64,000 bases of DNA from an uncultured Rhodospirillaceae bacterium. GTDB taxonomy: Bacteria > Pseudomonadota > Alphaproteobacteria > MPNO01 > UBA830. The translations under genes and the position numbers were made by a program. Location: positions 347,888 to 411,887 of the forward strand of contig CAXBMQ010000001.1 of the NCBI GenBank assembly GCA_963977005.1. Direction: 5' to 3'. Below the pieces are notes generated by a model that was not told the DNA's origin, did not search any database, and saw nothing but the letters and a program-made list of their open reading frames with translations. Positions 42,700 through 52,109 of this stretch are shown here, in pieces (the first letter of the stretch is position 1; each line of letters starts with the position of its first letter).

Positions 42700-43656
42700 A
42701 TGCCTCGGCCCTTTTCCCAGGCGACTGCTGAACAGGTAGTAATCGTATCAGAGGCCTGCGTAGCACTTAAGACTGCTGCCGATTTGGCAACGATTGCGAC
42801 GTTTACCGATCTCCCGTCAGATCACACAACCAAAGCGTTGGCTCTTGCCGTTGATCTGGGTCTTCTCTCGGAGAATCAAGGCGTTTTTGAACCATTAAGT
42901 CCGCTTTGTAGAGCGCTACGAACGCCTCAGGACACGGAGCGCGCAGCGGTACTCCGTGTGACGCTAGAGAGTTACAAACCATTTTTGATTTTTCGTGAAG
43001 AGCTCGAAGCAACCAATGATCCAACTGCGGCAGCCAATCGCACAAAAGCAATTCTCGATATCGACAACCATCGTGAAGAGGTGAAAGACACGCTCCTCAA
43101 TCTTGCTACCTACAGTGGCGCCTTGATCGTGAGCCAAGGTGCGACCTATGAACGCGATCTAAAAAGCATGAGTAACTTGCTTTCAGAACTAGCGTCGGGA
43201 AGCGCCGAATTTGCGGCGGCAGTCTACAGGGTGCGTGAGGAGATAGGCCCAGATGCCGCGGCTGTGTGTAATCACGATGAAGTTATTGTGCCTTTGGCGA
43301 ATTCAATGCGACATGCGTCAGGCGGCGGGGCAGGACGAGAAGCAGTAGTAAATGCTGCTAACGCTGTTGAGTCTTTTTTGAATTGGTATGGCAATGAGCG
43401 AGCGACACGAGTCGATGCAGCACATGGATTAAACGCCAAAGTAGAAGTTCTCAAAAATGCCGGTCACATCCCGCCTAAGCTTGTTAACGCTAGCAAGTAT
43501 CTAGGGCACATTAGAAACGCGGCCGATCATGGCATCGACGCTGATATTGGCACTGCTTGGGATATTTCAGATGCAACCGGGCGAAACTATGTATTTGTTT
43601 CTGCTCAATTTATTCGATCTTTAGTCAATTTCAACGCTGGACGTTTCGAGATTTAA
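42700..43656 (+). CDS. hypothetical protein with wHTH-like N-terminus and C-terminal HEPN-like Rx4H motif (islet gene 2)
   Basis: 318 aa, starts 3 nt after the gene 1 stop. The motif GHIRNAADHG (R-N-x3-H) lies near the C-terminus in a predicted helical region. Confidence 0.5.
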   Translation: MPRPFSQATAEQVVIVSEACVALKTAADLATIATFTDLPSDHTTKALALAVDLGLLSENQGVFEPLSPLCRALRTPQDTERAAVLRVTLESYKPFLIFREELEATNDPTAAANRTKAILDIDNHREEVKDTLLNLATYSGALIVSQGATYERDLKSMSNLLSELASGSAEFAAAVYRVREEIGPDAAAVCNHDEVIVPLANSMRHASGGGAGREAVVNAANAVESFLNWYGNERATRVDAAHGLNAKVEVLKNAGHIPPKLVNASKYLGHIRNAADHGIDADIGTAWDISDATGRNYVFVSAQFIRSLVNFNAGRFEI

Positions 43657-43804
43657 ACTTGGGTGCTTAACACTAGCTACGCACTTGCTACGTAAATATT
43701 TTTACGGCTTCAGGATAAGAATAAAAAAATACTGAACTAAAGCGTCTCAGATCTAAATTAGGAATATCAACAAGGGGTAGTTTCGACCTGCCCCCCCAGC
43801 GTAC

Positions 43805-44041
43805 TCAATCTGGGGAGGCGCCGGCAGGGGCGCGCTGGGCGGGATCATCCACCTCGCGGATCTCTGCGTGAAGATCAAGATCAACGTCTGCACGGATATT
43901 GCCACCTCGATCCATCGTTTTGATCGCTTCTGCTGCTAATTTCTCCCGCCCGGCCACCTCTTCGTCCTTCGCGCAAATTGCCAATGCGCTGATAAAACCT
44001 CTGACCTCTTCTACGTCACAGGGCAGGGTCGACCGCGCCAT
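43805..44041 (-). CDS. small hypothetical protein (78 aa)
   Basis: ORF only. High GC. No recognised motif. Confidence 0.2.
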   Translation of the reverse strand: MARSTLPCDVEEVRGFISALAICAKDEEVAGREKLAAEAIKTMDRGGNIRADVDLDLHAEIREVDDPAQRAPAGASPD

Positions 44042-44209
44042 TGCGCGCTATCGCGAAGCGATAGATCCCGATTCCGCCAGCCCCGGCGGTCGGTACCCCG
44101 ATCGATCCGGTAGCGGTTGTTTCCGCGATCTCGTATATCGCGCCGAAATCATCGGTGCGAACGATTACGGCGGTACCACCAGGCTACCCCCCAACCATCA
44201 CCCGTTTGC

Positions 44210-44242
44210 GCCGTCACAAAACTGTCATTTTATCGTCACATT
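44210..44242 (+). promoter_or_regulatory. Pho-box-like PhoB binding repeats upstream of pstS
   Basis: Three 7-mers with 11-bp periodicity: CCGTCAC-AAAA-CTGTCAT-TTTA-TCGTCAC-ATTT, about 115 bp upstream of the pstS ATG. Confidence 0.55.
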
Positions 44243-44355
44243 TCCATCGCACAGCCTCCGTAGTTTCCGGGTGTCGGCGATGGGCGCCGGCCGGATCGGC
44301 GTGTAACTGGATGTTCCGCCTTCCGCGTAAACTGGAATGCTCCTTTGGAGGCGAA

Positions 44356-45396
44356 ATGAACACCACCCGTATTATTGCAATTGCAGCGGCAGCGACCGTT
44401 GCCATGGCAACAAGCGCTCAGGCGCGCGACCAGATCCGCATCGTCGGATCGTCCACTGTTTTCCCGTTCTCGACCACGGTCGCCGAACAGTTCGGCAAGA
44501 CGACGAACTACAAGACCCCGGTTGTCGAAAGCACCGGTTCCGGCGGCGGACTGAAACTGTTCTGCTCCGGCGTCGGCGTGCAGCACCCCGACATCACCAA
44601 CGCGTCGCGCCGGATCAAGAAATCCGAAGTCGAGCTGTGCGCCAAGAACGGCGTAAACAAGATCACCGAGGTCAAGATCGGGTTTGACGGCATCGTGCTG
44701 GCCAACGCCAAGTCGGCCAAACAGATGAATATCACCCTGAAGCAGCTTTTCCTCGCCCTCGCCAAGAGCGTCCCCGCCAATGCCGACGGTTCGGAGCTGA
44801 AGGCGAACCCCTACAAGATGTGGAGCGAGATCGATCCGTCCCTGCCGGCGCAGAAAATCGAGGTCCTCGGACCGCCCCCGACCTCCGGCACGCGCGACGC
44901 TTTCGTCGAGCTGGCGATGGAAGGCGGCTGCAAGCAGTTTTCCGGCATCGCGGCGCTGAAAAAATCCGACGGCAAGCGCTACAAAGCGGTCTGCCACGGC
45001 ATCCGTGAAGATGGCGGTTTCATCGAAGCGGGCGAGAACGACGTTCTGATCATTCAGAAACTCGTCGCCAATCCGAATGCCTTCGGCGTCTTCGGCTTCT
45101 CGTTCCTCGATTCGAACGCCGACAAGGTGCAGGGCAGCATTGTCAACGGCACGGCACCCGAGTTCGACTCGATTGCCGAAGGCAAATACCCGGTTTCGCG
45201 CTCGATGTATTTCTACGTCAAGAATGCCCATGTCGGTGTCGTACCGGGCATCAAGGAATACGTATCCGAGTTCACGGCTGAGAAAGCCTGGGGCCCGGAC
45301 GGATACCTGGCCGACAAGGGCCTGATCCCGCTGCCCGACATGGACCGCAAAAAGACGGCCGAGACGGCGCAGAAGTTCAGCCCGCTCAGCATGTAG
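44356..45396 (+). CDS. pstS: phosphate ABC transporter substrate-binding protein PstS (orphan, no pstCAB adjacent)
   Basis: Signal peptide (MNTTRIIAIAAAATVAMATSAQA), PBP-like family, GGAGG RBS at -9. Start at MNTTR. Confidence 0.85.
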   Translation: MNTTRIIAIAAAATVAMATSAQARDQIRIVGSSTVFPFSTTVAEQFGKTTNYKTPVVESTGSGGGLKLFCSGVGVQHPDITNASRRIKKSEVELCAKNGVNKITEVKIGFDGIVLANAKSAKQMNITLKQLFLALAKSVPANADGSELKANPYKMWSEIDPSLPAQKIEVLGPPPTSGTRDAFVELAMEGGCKQFSGIAALKKSDGKRYKAVCHGIREDGGFIEAGENDVLIIQKLVANPNAFGVFGFSFLDSNADKVQGSIVNGTAPEFDSIAEGKYPVSRSMYFYVKNAHVGVVPGIKEYVSEFTAEKAWGPDGYLADKGLIPLPDMDRKKTAETAQKFSPLSM

Positions 45397-45420
45397 ATTT
45401 CGGTTCATCCCGATACAAAG

Positions 45421-45452
45421 GCGGCGCCCCTGTCACGGGGGCGCCGTTTTTT
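45421..45452 (+). terminator. rho-independent terminator of pstS
   Basis: GGCGCCCC-tgtcac-GGGGGCGCC stem-loop followed by GTTTTTTGTG. Confidence 0.8.
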
Positions 45453-45616
45453 GTGCGATCTTTTCCAGACCGCCGCGTTCATCCCGCCTTCCGCGGCGCA
45501 GCGGCTTTGCAACCCCTCGGGACATCAAGTAAGAAAGATCGCGGCCCGCAACCGGCCGGGCCGAATTCCGGGCACGTTCGATCAAACAAAGCGATCAATC
45601 AGAGAAGGTAGAGACC

Positions 45617-46315
45617 ATGGCTGTAACCGAGATAAATGTCCCCGCCTCGGGCGGGGGAAATATTCCCTGCATGGCGGCATTCCCCGACGGCGGACCCTCC
45701 ACCGGGGTGGTGGTCGTCCCCTCGATCTTCGGCGTGAATGACGACATGGCCATGGTGGCAGAGCGGCTCGCGGGAGAAGGTTTCGCCGCCGTCATCCCCG
45801 ATCCGTTCTGGCGCGACGAGGACAAGGGGGTCATCGGCCATGACGAAGAGGGCCGCGCCCGCGCCTTTGCCCGCATGGGACGTACCCCGTTCGACCAGGC
45901 CTTCGGCGATGTTGCCGATGTGGTCGACCATCTCCGGTCGCGGGACGATTCGAACGGCAAGGTTGCCGTCATGGGGTTCTGTTACGGCGGCCCGTTCGCC
46001 CTTGTCGCCGCCGCCAAATGCGGTATCCAGGCGGGAATCTCCTATCACGGATCTTTCGTCGACAAATATCTCGACCTGATGCCGGATGTGGGCTGCCCGC
46101 TCAGCTTCCACTGGGGCGACAACGACCGGGCGGCATCGTTAGACGTTATCGACGAGGTCAAGAAAACCTTCTCAGCACGTGACGACGCGGAAGTGATCCT
46201 GTATCCGGGCGGCGTTGAGCACGGCTATATGCTGCCGGGTCATGGAGATGCCTATAACGAAGCCGCGGCGGAACAGTCCTGGGAGCGCACGTTCGCCCTG
46301 CTGAAAGAGGTCTGA
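45617..46315 (+). CDS. dienelactone hydrolase family protein
   Basis: 232 aa alpha/beta hydrolase with a DLH-type Cys nucleophile context (GFCYGG). Confidence 0.8.
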   Translation: MAVTEINVPASGGGNIPCMAAFPDGGPSTGVVVVPSIFGVNDDMAMVAERLAGEGFAAVIPDPFWRDEDKGVIGHDEEGRARAFARMGRTPFDQAFGDVADVVDHLRSRDDSNGKVAVMGFCYGGPFALVAAAKCGIQAGISYHGSFVDKYLDLMPDVGCPLSFHWGDNDRAASLDVIDEVKKTFSARDDAEVILYPGGVEHGYMLPGHGDAYNEAAAEQSWERTFALLKEV

Positions 46316-46371
46316 GGGCCGCCTCCCCGTAACGCGCGCAGTCTAACCGGTTCGCGCGAAACCCGGCGCCG

Positions 46372-47406
46372 TCAGGCGCCGAGTTCGCGGTTGACCAGCG
46401 CCGCGCCGGCCGCCAGCGCGTTCATCTTACCCTCGGCGGACCGGCGGCTGCGCGGGACCATGCCGCAATCGGTACACGCGATCAGGTGTTCGGCGGAAAC
46501 GTGTTCCATCGCGTGGCGGATACGGTCGGCGACGACCTGGGCCGATTCCACTTCTTCAGTGCCGACATCGATCACGCCGACCATCACGTCCTTGCCGGCG
46601 AGGCAGTCGAGCACGCTGAGATCGACCCCCGAGGCCGCGGTCTCAATCGAGACCTGATCGATCGAACTGTCGGCGATCAGCGGCAGGGTGGCGTTATAGT
46701 GGCTCCAGTCGTCATTGGCTTTTTTCCAGTTCAGGACGACCTCGGTGCCGTAGCCGTAGCAGATATGCACGGCGCGCTTGGCGGTCACGCCATCGAACGC
46801 GCGCTCCAGAATTTCCAGCCCCCAGTCCTTTACCTCGTCGGTATAGATGTTGAAGCAGGGCTCATCGATCTGGATGACGTCCGCACCCGCTTGCGACAAT
46901 GCGCGCGCCTCCTTGTTTAGCAGGTCGGCATAGGCGGCGGCGAAATCCGCATCCGACCGGCCTCCGGCCTCGTCGAAAACACTGTCGGCCACCGTCATGG
47001 GGCCGGGCAGGGTCACCTTTACCTGGCGGTCGGTGCGCGCCTTGGCGAAACGCAGCGCATCCAGCAGCACCGGTTCGGTCCAGGTCCATTCCTCGAGCAC
47101 GCGGGGTGCCGGGGTTTCCTCCGAATAGCGCTGGCCGCGGCTCTGTTTCTTTGCCGGGTTTTCGAAATCGACAGCACCGAGTTTTTCGATAAAACCCCAG
47201 ATGTAATGCCGGCGCCGCTGTTCGCCGTCACAGATAATATCCAGCCCGGCCTGTTCCTGGGCCAGTAGCGTCAGCGTGACGGCATCGTCCTGCGCCTGGG
47301 AAAGCGCGGAGCCTTCCTGACGCCAGGGCGCGCGCAACTGTTCCGGATCCGAAAGCCATTCGGGTTTCGGCAGGCTGCCGACGATGGTGGTTTTGATGGG
47401 TCCCAT
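46372..47406 (-). CDS. cobalamin-independent methionine synthase-like protein (MetE C-terminal-domain family)
   Basis: TTIVGSLPKP start and UROD/MetE-like barrel motifs (IQIDEP, HICYG, CG). Start at MGPIKTT. Confidence 0.7.
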   Translation of the reverse strand: MGPIKTTIVGSLPKPEWLSDPEQLRAPWRQEGSALSQAQDDAVTLTLLAQEQAGLDIICDGEQRRRHYIWGFIEKLGAVDFENPAKKQSRGQRYSEETPAPRVLEEWTWTEPVLLDALRFAKARTDRQVKVTLPGPMTVADSVFDEAGGRSDADFAAAYADLLNKEARALSQAGADVIQIDEPCFNIYTDEVKDWGLEILERAFDGVTAKRAVHICYGYGTEVVLNWKKANDDWSHYNATLPLIADSSIDQVSIETAASGVDLSVLDCLAGKDVMVGVIDVGTEEVESAQVVADRIRHAMEHVSAEHLIACTDCGMVPRSRRSAEGKMNALAAGAALVNRELGA

Positions 47407-47576
47407 GGGTTCTTCTTTTGGTTGGCGTTTTCTCAAAGCATATATGCCACCAAAGCATACCAACCATGCCCCTGTCACACACCCGTCATTTGGTCCTGTT
47501 AGGAAAATTGAAGGGCAGAGCAAGGTCGTTCCAAGACGTCTGCCCCGGATGAAATCAAAACCAAAAGGGGCACGAC

Positions 47577-49178
47577 GTGTTTCAGGCATCATTAAATGCG
47601 AGAGAATGTTCAATCAGCCGAATTGCATTGCGCGCGGCGACAGTGGCGATCCCGGCCGCGGTTATCGCGCTGGCAACGCCGGCAGTCCATGCCGCGCCGA
47701 TCGTCGAGGCGAGCGTTGTATGGTCGTACGACCATAACGGCCCCGGCGCGGGCACGACGTCCGAGATCGTCGCGCATGATCCGGACGATCAGCGGGTATA
47801 TGTTGCCGGCGGCGATGGTGTCGACGTCCTGGATGCGGTCACCGGGGCGCTTATCACAACGATCCCGCTCGATACGGGCCGGTTCGACGGCGTCAACAGC
47901 GTCGCGGTCAAGAACGGCAAGGTCGCAATCGCGGCGGCCGCATCGAACGTCCAGCAGAACGGCGCGGTGCTGATGTATGACACATCCAACCTGGCCGCCG
48001 CGCCGACGGAAATCACTGTCGGCGCCAACCCGGACATGGTGACTTTCGCACAGAACGGCACCAAGCTGCTGGTGGCAAACGAAGGGGAGCCGAACGACGA
48101 TTACGACGTCGATCCGGTCGGGTCGGTGTCGGTCGTCGATGTCGCAACAAGCTCGGTCCAGACAGCTGGTTTCAGCGGCTTCGATGCCCAGAAAGCAGCG
48201 CTGATCGCGAGCGGTGTGCGTATCTTCGGGCCGGGTGCGACGGTGTCCCAGGACCTGGAGCCGGAATACATCGCCATCTCTCCTGACGGTACGAAAGCCT
48301 ATGTGACGTTGCAGGAAAACAACGCGCTGGCGATCGTCGACATATCCGGCGCAGTGCCGACCGTCACCGATGTTGTGCCTTTGGGCTATAAGGACCATGG
48401 CGTTCCCGGCCAGGGGATCGATCCGAGCGATCGCGATCCGATCGAGATCAAGACCCTGAGCAATGTGCTCGGCATGTATCAGCCCGACGCCATCGCATCT
48501 TTCGAAAAAGGCGGCACGACCTATCTGATCACGGCGAACGAAGGCGATGCCCGCGACTATGACGGCTTCGCCGAGGAAGCCCGGGTGAAGGACCTGTCAT
48601 TGTCGGGGTTCCCCGCCGGCACAGGGGATGACGATGAATTCGGCCGCCTGAACGTCACGACAACGCTGGGCCAGAACGGCAGCGGCGATTACGAGGAACT
48701 ATACGCTTTCGGCGCCCGGTCGTTCTCGATCCTTGATGAAGACGGCACCATTATTTTCGACAGCGGCGATATGATCGAACAGATACTGATCGACCAGTTC
48801 CCCGACTTCTGGCCCGACGGGCGCGAAGACAACAAGGGCCCCGAACCCGAGAGTGTCGTCGTCGGCGAAGTGGGCGATCTGCTGTTTGCCTTTGTCGGAC
48901 TCGAACGGTCGGATGCGATCATGGTGTTCGAGCTGGACGATCCGCTGAACCCCTACTTCGCGGGTCTGATCTACAACGACGGCGATGAAGCACCGGAAGG
49001 GCTCGCCTTTATCGGCGAAGACGACAGCGCAGACGGTTTCGCCTATCTCGCCATCGGCAATGAGGACAGCGGTACCACGACAATGTACCGCCTGACCTCT
49101 ATCCCGGAACCGTCCATGGCACTGATCGTCGCCCTGGCCGCGGGCGGCATGATTGTGCGCACCCGCCAGCGCAGGTAA
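47577..49178 (+). CDS. secreted beta-propeller-like protein with PEP-CTERM sorting signal (choice-of-anchor-type)
   Basis: Signal peptide, repetitive Asp/Gly-rich segments, and a C-terminal IPEPSMALIVALAAGGMIVRTRQRR (PEP-CTERM). Confidence 0.6.
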   Translation: MFQASLNARECSISRIALRAATVAIPAAVIALATPAVHAAPIVEASVVWSYDHNGPGAGTTSEIVAHDPDDQRVYVAGGDGVDVLDAVTGALITTIPLDTGRFDGVNSVAVKNGKVAIAAAASNVQQNGAVLMYDTSNLAAAPTEITVGANPDMVTFAQNGTKLLVANEGEPNDDYDVDPVGSVSVVDVATSSVQTAGFSGFDAQKAALIASGVRIFGPGATVSQDLEPEYIAISPDGTKAYVTLQENNALAIVDISGAVPTVTDVVPLGYKDHGVPGQGIDPSDRDPIEIKTLSNVLGMYQPDAIASFEKGGTTYLITANEGDARDYDGFAEEARVKDLSLSGFPAGTGDDDEFGRLNVTTTLGQNGSGDYEELYAFGARSFSILDEDGTIIFDSGDMIEQILIDQFPDFWPDGREDNKGPEPESVVVGEVGDLLFAFVGLERSDAIMVFELDDPLNPYFAGLIYNDGDEAPEGLAFIGEDDSADGFAYLAIGNEDSGTTTMYRLTSIPEPSMALIVALAAGGMIVRTRQRR

Positions 49179-49193
49179 AGCCTCAGTTATGTA

Positions 49194-50393
49194 TTACCGG
49201 TCGGCGCGAACCCGGCGCGCCGACCGGAACAGCATTCCGCCGACGACGATGGGTACGGCGCCCAGAATAACAAAAGCCGACTGATAGGTGTCGGTCAGCG
49301 CGAGGATCAGTCCGAAGCTGCCGGGAAACGTAATCATCCCGACATAGGCGAAAAATACCGCCCCGCCGGTGACCACCCCGGCCATGCCGGGCGGCGCTAT
49401 GCGCGCGATTTCGGCGAGCAGGACGCCCTGATAGCCGATGCCCGTCGCCCCGTAGACAAATGCCACCGCCCAGACAGCGGGCTTCTGCCAGCCGCTATCG
49501 ACGAACCCGATCGCCATGCAGGCCAAGCCCATCGCTACGCCAAGCAGGGCGAGCAGCAGAATCGGCGGCACGTAAGCAGAACCGACCCAGCCCCAGAACA
49601 GCCGCCCGACGATCCCCGCTCCCATCGCGACCGAATAGGCGATCCCTGCATCGGTCAGGGTCCACCCCAGGCCGAGCGACAGGAACGAGACGAAGAAAGA
49701 GGCAAAGGCGAGCTGCAGCCCGGTGAACGCGAACAGGCCCATGGCAAGTTCGCGGACGCGGGCATCGTGCAGCACCGCGCCGAGCGTCGCGCGCAGGTCC
49801 GTCAGTTTCAGGCTGCGTTGCGGCTGGCGGTCGGAATCGAACTCGGCGCGGAACGGCTGCAGGATCAGCGCGAAGGCGAGCGCCATGGAAGCGGCACAGA
49901 CCAGCGCGCCGCGCCAGCCGAACAGGTCGACGAACACCGGCAGGAGCGCGCCGGCAATCACCCCGCCGACCGGCACGCCGGTCTGCTTGATCGAAAAGAT
50001 GAAAGGCGCCGTCGACGGATTGGTATAGCGTGCGAGTATCTGCGAGCTTGCCGGGGTCGACGGCCCGCCGCCAAGCCCGGTGACGAGGGCGCCGAGCACG
50101 AACAGGTAGATATAGCCCGGCATGTTGATCAGCAGGCCGAGCGCGACGACGAGCAGGCAGGCCTGGCTCACGCGCAGCGCGCCGAAGCGCAGCAGAAATC
50201 CGCCGCCCGCCAGCGAAGAGATCATCGATCCGCCATATAAAAAAGCGGTATAGACGCCCACCAGGCTGGCGCTGAGCCCGGTTTCGGCGGCAATCGGCGG
50301 GGCGAGCACAGGGATGGTCAGCCCGCTCATGGTCGACAATGCCTGCTGGAACAGCATGGCAAAGACCGCCGTGTAGACGACGGGTACTTTCAT
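49194..50393 (-). CDS. MFS transporter
   Basis: 12-TM pattern. Start at MKVPVVYTAV; the N-extension of the 476 aa ORF is Arg/Pro-rich and unlikely to be real. Confidence 0.75.
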   Translation of the reverse strand: MKVPVVYTAVFAMLFQQALSTMSGLTIPVLAPPIAAETGLSASLVGVYTAFLYGGSMISSLAGGGFLLRFGALRVSQACLLVVALGLLINMPGYIYLFVLGALVTGLGGGPSTPASSQILARYTNPSTAPFIFSIKQTGVPVGGVIAGALLPVFVDLFGWRGALVCAASMALAFALILQPFRAEFDSDRQPQRSLKLTDLRATLGAVLHDARVRELAMGLFAFTGLQLAFASFFVSFLSLGLGWTLTDAGIAYSVAMGAGIVGRLFWGWVGSAYVPPILLLALLGVAMGLACMAIGFVDSGWQKPAVWAVAFVYGATGIGYQGVLLAEIARIAPPGMAGVVTGGAVFFAYVGMITFPGSFGLILALTDTYQSAFVILGAVPIVVGGMLFRSARRVRADR

Positions 50394-50422
50394 CGGAAAA
50401 ACTTCATGCGCGCATGCGGGTA

Positions 50423-51289
50423 TCAGCCGATCATGTCGCGGACACGGCGGCCCAGCAGGCTGTCGAAATCGCGGAGATCGAACACGATATCGAAGTGGTT
50501 GCGGTCGGGATGTTCGAAGAGATCCGCCTGCCAGCCGCGGGCGCGCCATGCATCGGCAAGCAGCGCGCTTTGCCGCTTGAATTCCGCCGTCTCCGATGCG
50601 CCGTAGGACAGGATCAGCGGGCACCCCTCGGCGGGCAGGTGATGGACCGGGCTGTTGCGCCGCGCGGCGTCTTCATCGAGCTTCGCCCACTCGTTGATGC
50701 ACGAAAGCCGCAGCGGCTCCAGATCGTGCAGACCGCTGAGCGGCACCGCCCCCTTTATCACGTCCGCGGGCACGCCGAGATCCGTGTGCCAGCCGCCGGC
50801 GACCATCATCCCGGTCAGGTGCCCGCCGGCCGACGAGCCGCAGACGAAGATACGGTCGGGATCGCCGCCGAAATCGGCCGCATTGCGCCATGTCCAGGCA
50901 ATGGCCTCGCGGCACTGGCGCACGATCGTGTCGATGGAGGCATCCGGCGCCAGCGAATAATTGACGGCGATGACGGCAATGCCGTTCGCCACCATGTTCT
51001 CCGCCATGAAGGACGATTCCTTGTGGCTGAGCATCCGCCAGTATCCGCCGTGAATGAAGATAAACACCGGCGCCGGCCTGCCGTCCTTTCCCGTGGCCGG
51101 AAAAATATCGAGCAGCTGGTCGGGATGATCGCCGCAGGATACGTCTTCGCGGCAGTCGAGGTTCGCCCGCGCGTCGGCGCTGAACCCGGCATAGTCGGCG
51201 AGAAACGGATCGAGGCTCGGCACCGTCCGGCTGATGAGATACTCGTTATCCAGCGTTTCCTGGTCGAAGTCGCCGTACACCTTGGTCAT
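50423..51289 (-). CDS. alpha/beta hydrolase (esterase/lipase, HGG-GSSAGG type)
   Basis: HGGYW oxyanion motif and GSSAGG nucleophile elbow. Confidence 0.75.
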   Translation of the reverse strand: MTKVYGDFDQETLDNEYLISRTVPSLDPFLADYAGFSADARANLDCREDVSCGDHPDQLLDIFPATGKDGRPAPVFIFIHGGYWRMLSHKESSFMAENMVANGIAVIAVNYSLAPDASIDTIVRQCREAIAWTWRNAADFGGDPDRIFVCGSSAGGHLTGMMVAGGWHTDLGVPADVIKGAVPLSGLHDLEPLRLSCINEWAKLDEDAARRNSPVHHLPAEGCPLILSYGASETAEFKRQSALLADAWRARGWQADLFEHPDRNHFDIVFDLRDFDSLLGRRVRDMIG

Positions 51290-51299
51290 GACGATTATC

Positions 51300-52109
51300 C
51301 TAAAGATCCATGTTCGGGTCGAAGTCGGGACGGCGTTTTTCGCGCAAGCTCGCCAGTCCTTCCTTCGCTTCGGGGCTGGTGAAGCCGAGGAATTCGAGCG
51401 CCAGCGAGGTGTCGAAATTCGGCCCCATCATACGCAGCCAGTTGTTCAGCGCGTATTTGGTGAAGCGGATTGCCGACGGCGCGCCGCACGCGAGTTTCTG
51501 CGCCACCTCGACCGCCTTGTCCTGCAATTCGTCCGCCTCGACGCAGAGCGAGACAAGCCCGATGCGCTCGGCCTCTTCGCCGGAAATCGGCTCGCACAGC
51601 AGCAGGTAGTATTTCGCCTTGGCCATGCCGCAGAGCAGCGGCCAGACGATGGCGGCATGATCGCCCGCCGCCACGCCGAGACGGGTGTGCCCGTCGATGA
51701 TGCGCGCGTCCTTCGCAGCGATGGAGATGTCGGCAAGCAGGCCGGCGACGAGGCCGGCGCCGACCGCCGGGCCGTGCATGGCGCTGACGATGGGCTTCGA
51801 GCAGTTGATCACGTTATAGACAAGATCGCGCGCCTCGCGCCACACGCGCACGCGGGTCTCGTAATTGTCGATCATGTTATCGATCATGTCGAAATCGCCG
51901 CCCGCGGAAAACGCATCGCCGGCACCACGGAGGATGGCGACGGACACGTCCGCGTCTTCCTGCACGTCTTTCCAGATGCGGCCAAGCTCGTCATGCATGG
52001 TCTCGTCCGCCGCGTTCAGGCGGCCCGGTGCATCCATCGTGATACGCAGGATACGGTCGGCGGGCGTGTCGAATTTCAGCCGTTCATAGGCGGCGTAGCG
52101 GTCGGTCAT
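51300..52109 (-). CDS. enoyl-CoA hydratase/isomerase family protein
   Basis: Crotonase fold ([15 protein letters not shown]). Start at MTDRYAAY (ATG 52107-52109), overlapping the upstream ligase gene by 4 bp. Confidence 0.8.
   Translation of the reverse strand: MTDRYAAYERLKFDTPADRILRITMDAPGRLNAADETMHDELGRIWKDVQEDADVSVAILRGAGDAFSAGGDFDMIDNMIDNYETRVRVWREARDLVYNVINCSKPIVSAMHGPAVGAGLVAGLLADISIAAKDARIIDGHTRLGVAAGDHAAIVWPLLCGMAKAKYYLLLCEPISGEEAERIGLVSLCVEADELQDKAVEVAQKLACGAPSAIRFTKYALNNWLRMMGPNFDTSLALEFLGFTSPEAKEGLASLREKRRPDFDPNMDL

Larger units (their letters stand above)
41706..43800 (+). mobile_element. low-GC (about 45%) genomic islet directly 3' of tRNA-Thr (two-gene cargo, no integrase detected)
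   Basis: Abrupt GC drop starting right after the tRNA CCA end. Native GC resumes near 43800. The duplicated tRNA 5' half lies upstream. Confidence 0.45.

Noticed and set aside
41706-44041. Searched the islet and its distal boundary for an integrase or recombinase gene or a tRNA 3'-end direct repeat.
   Set aside because: None found. Only a weak T-arm-like string near 43775-43800 and a motif-less 78-aa ORF (43805..44041) are present, so the element is called a degenerate islet rather than an intact integrative element.
46363-46381. CGGCGCC-gtca-GGCGCCG hairpin between convergent dienelactone hydrolase and MetE-like genes as a bidirectional terminator.
   Set aside because: It overlaps the MetE-like stop codon and has no U-tract on either strand. 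It is left uncalled as a feature.
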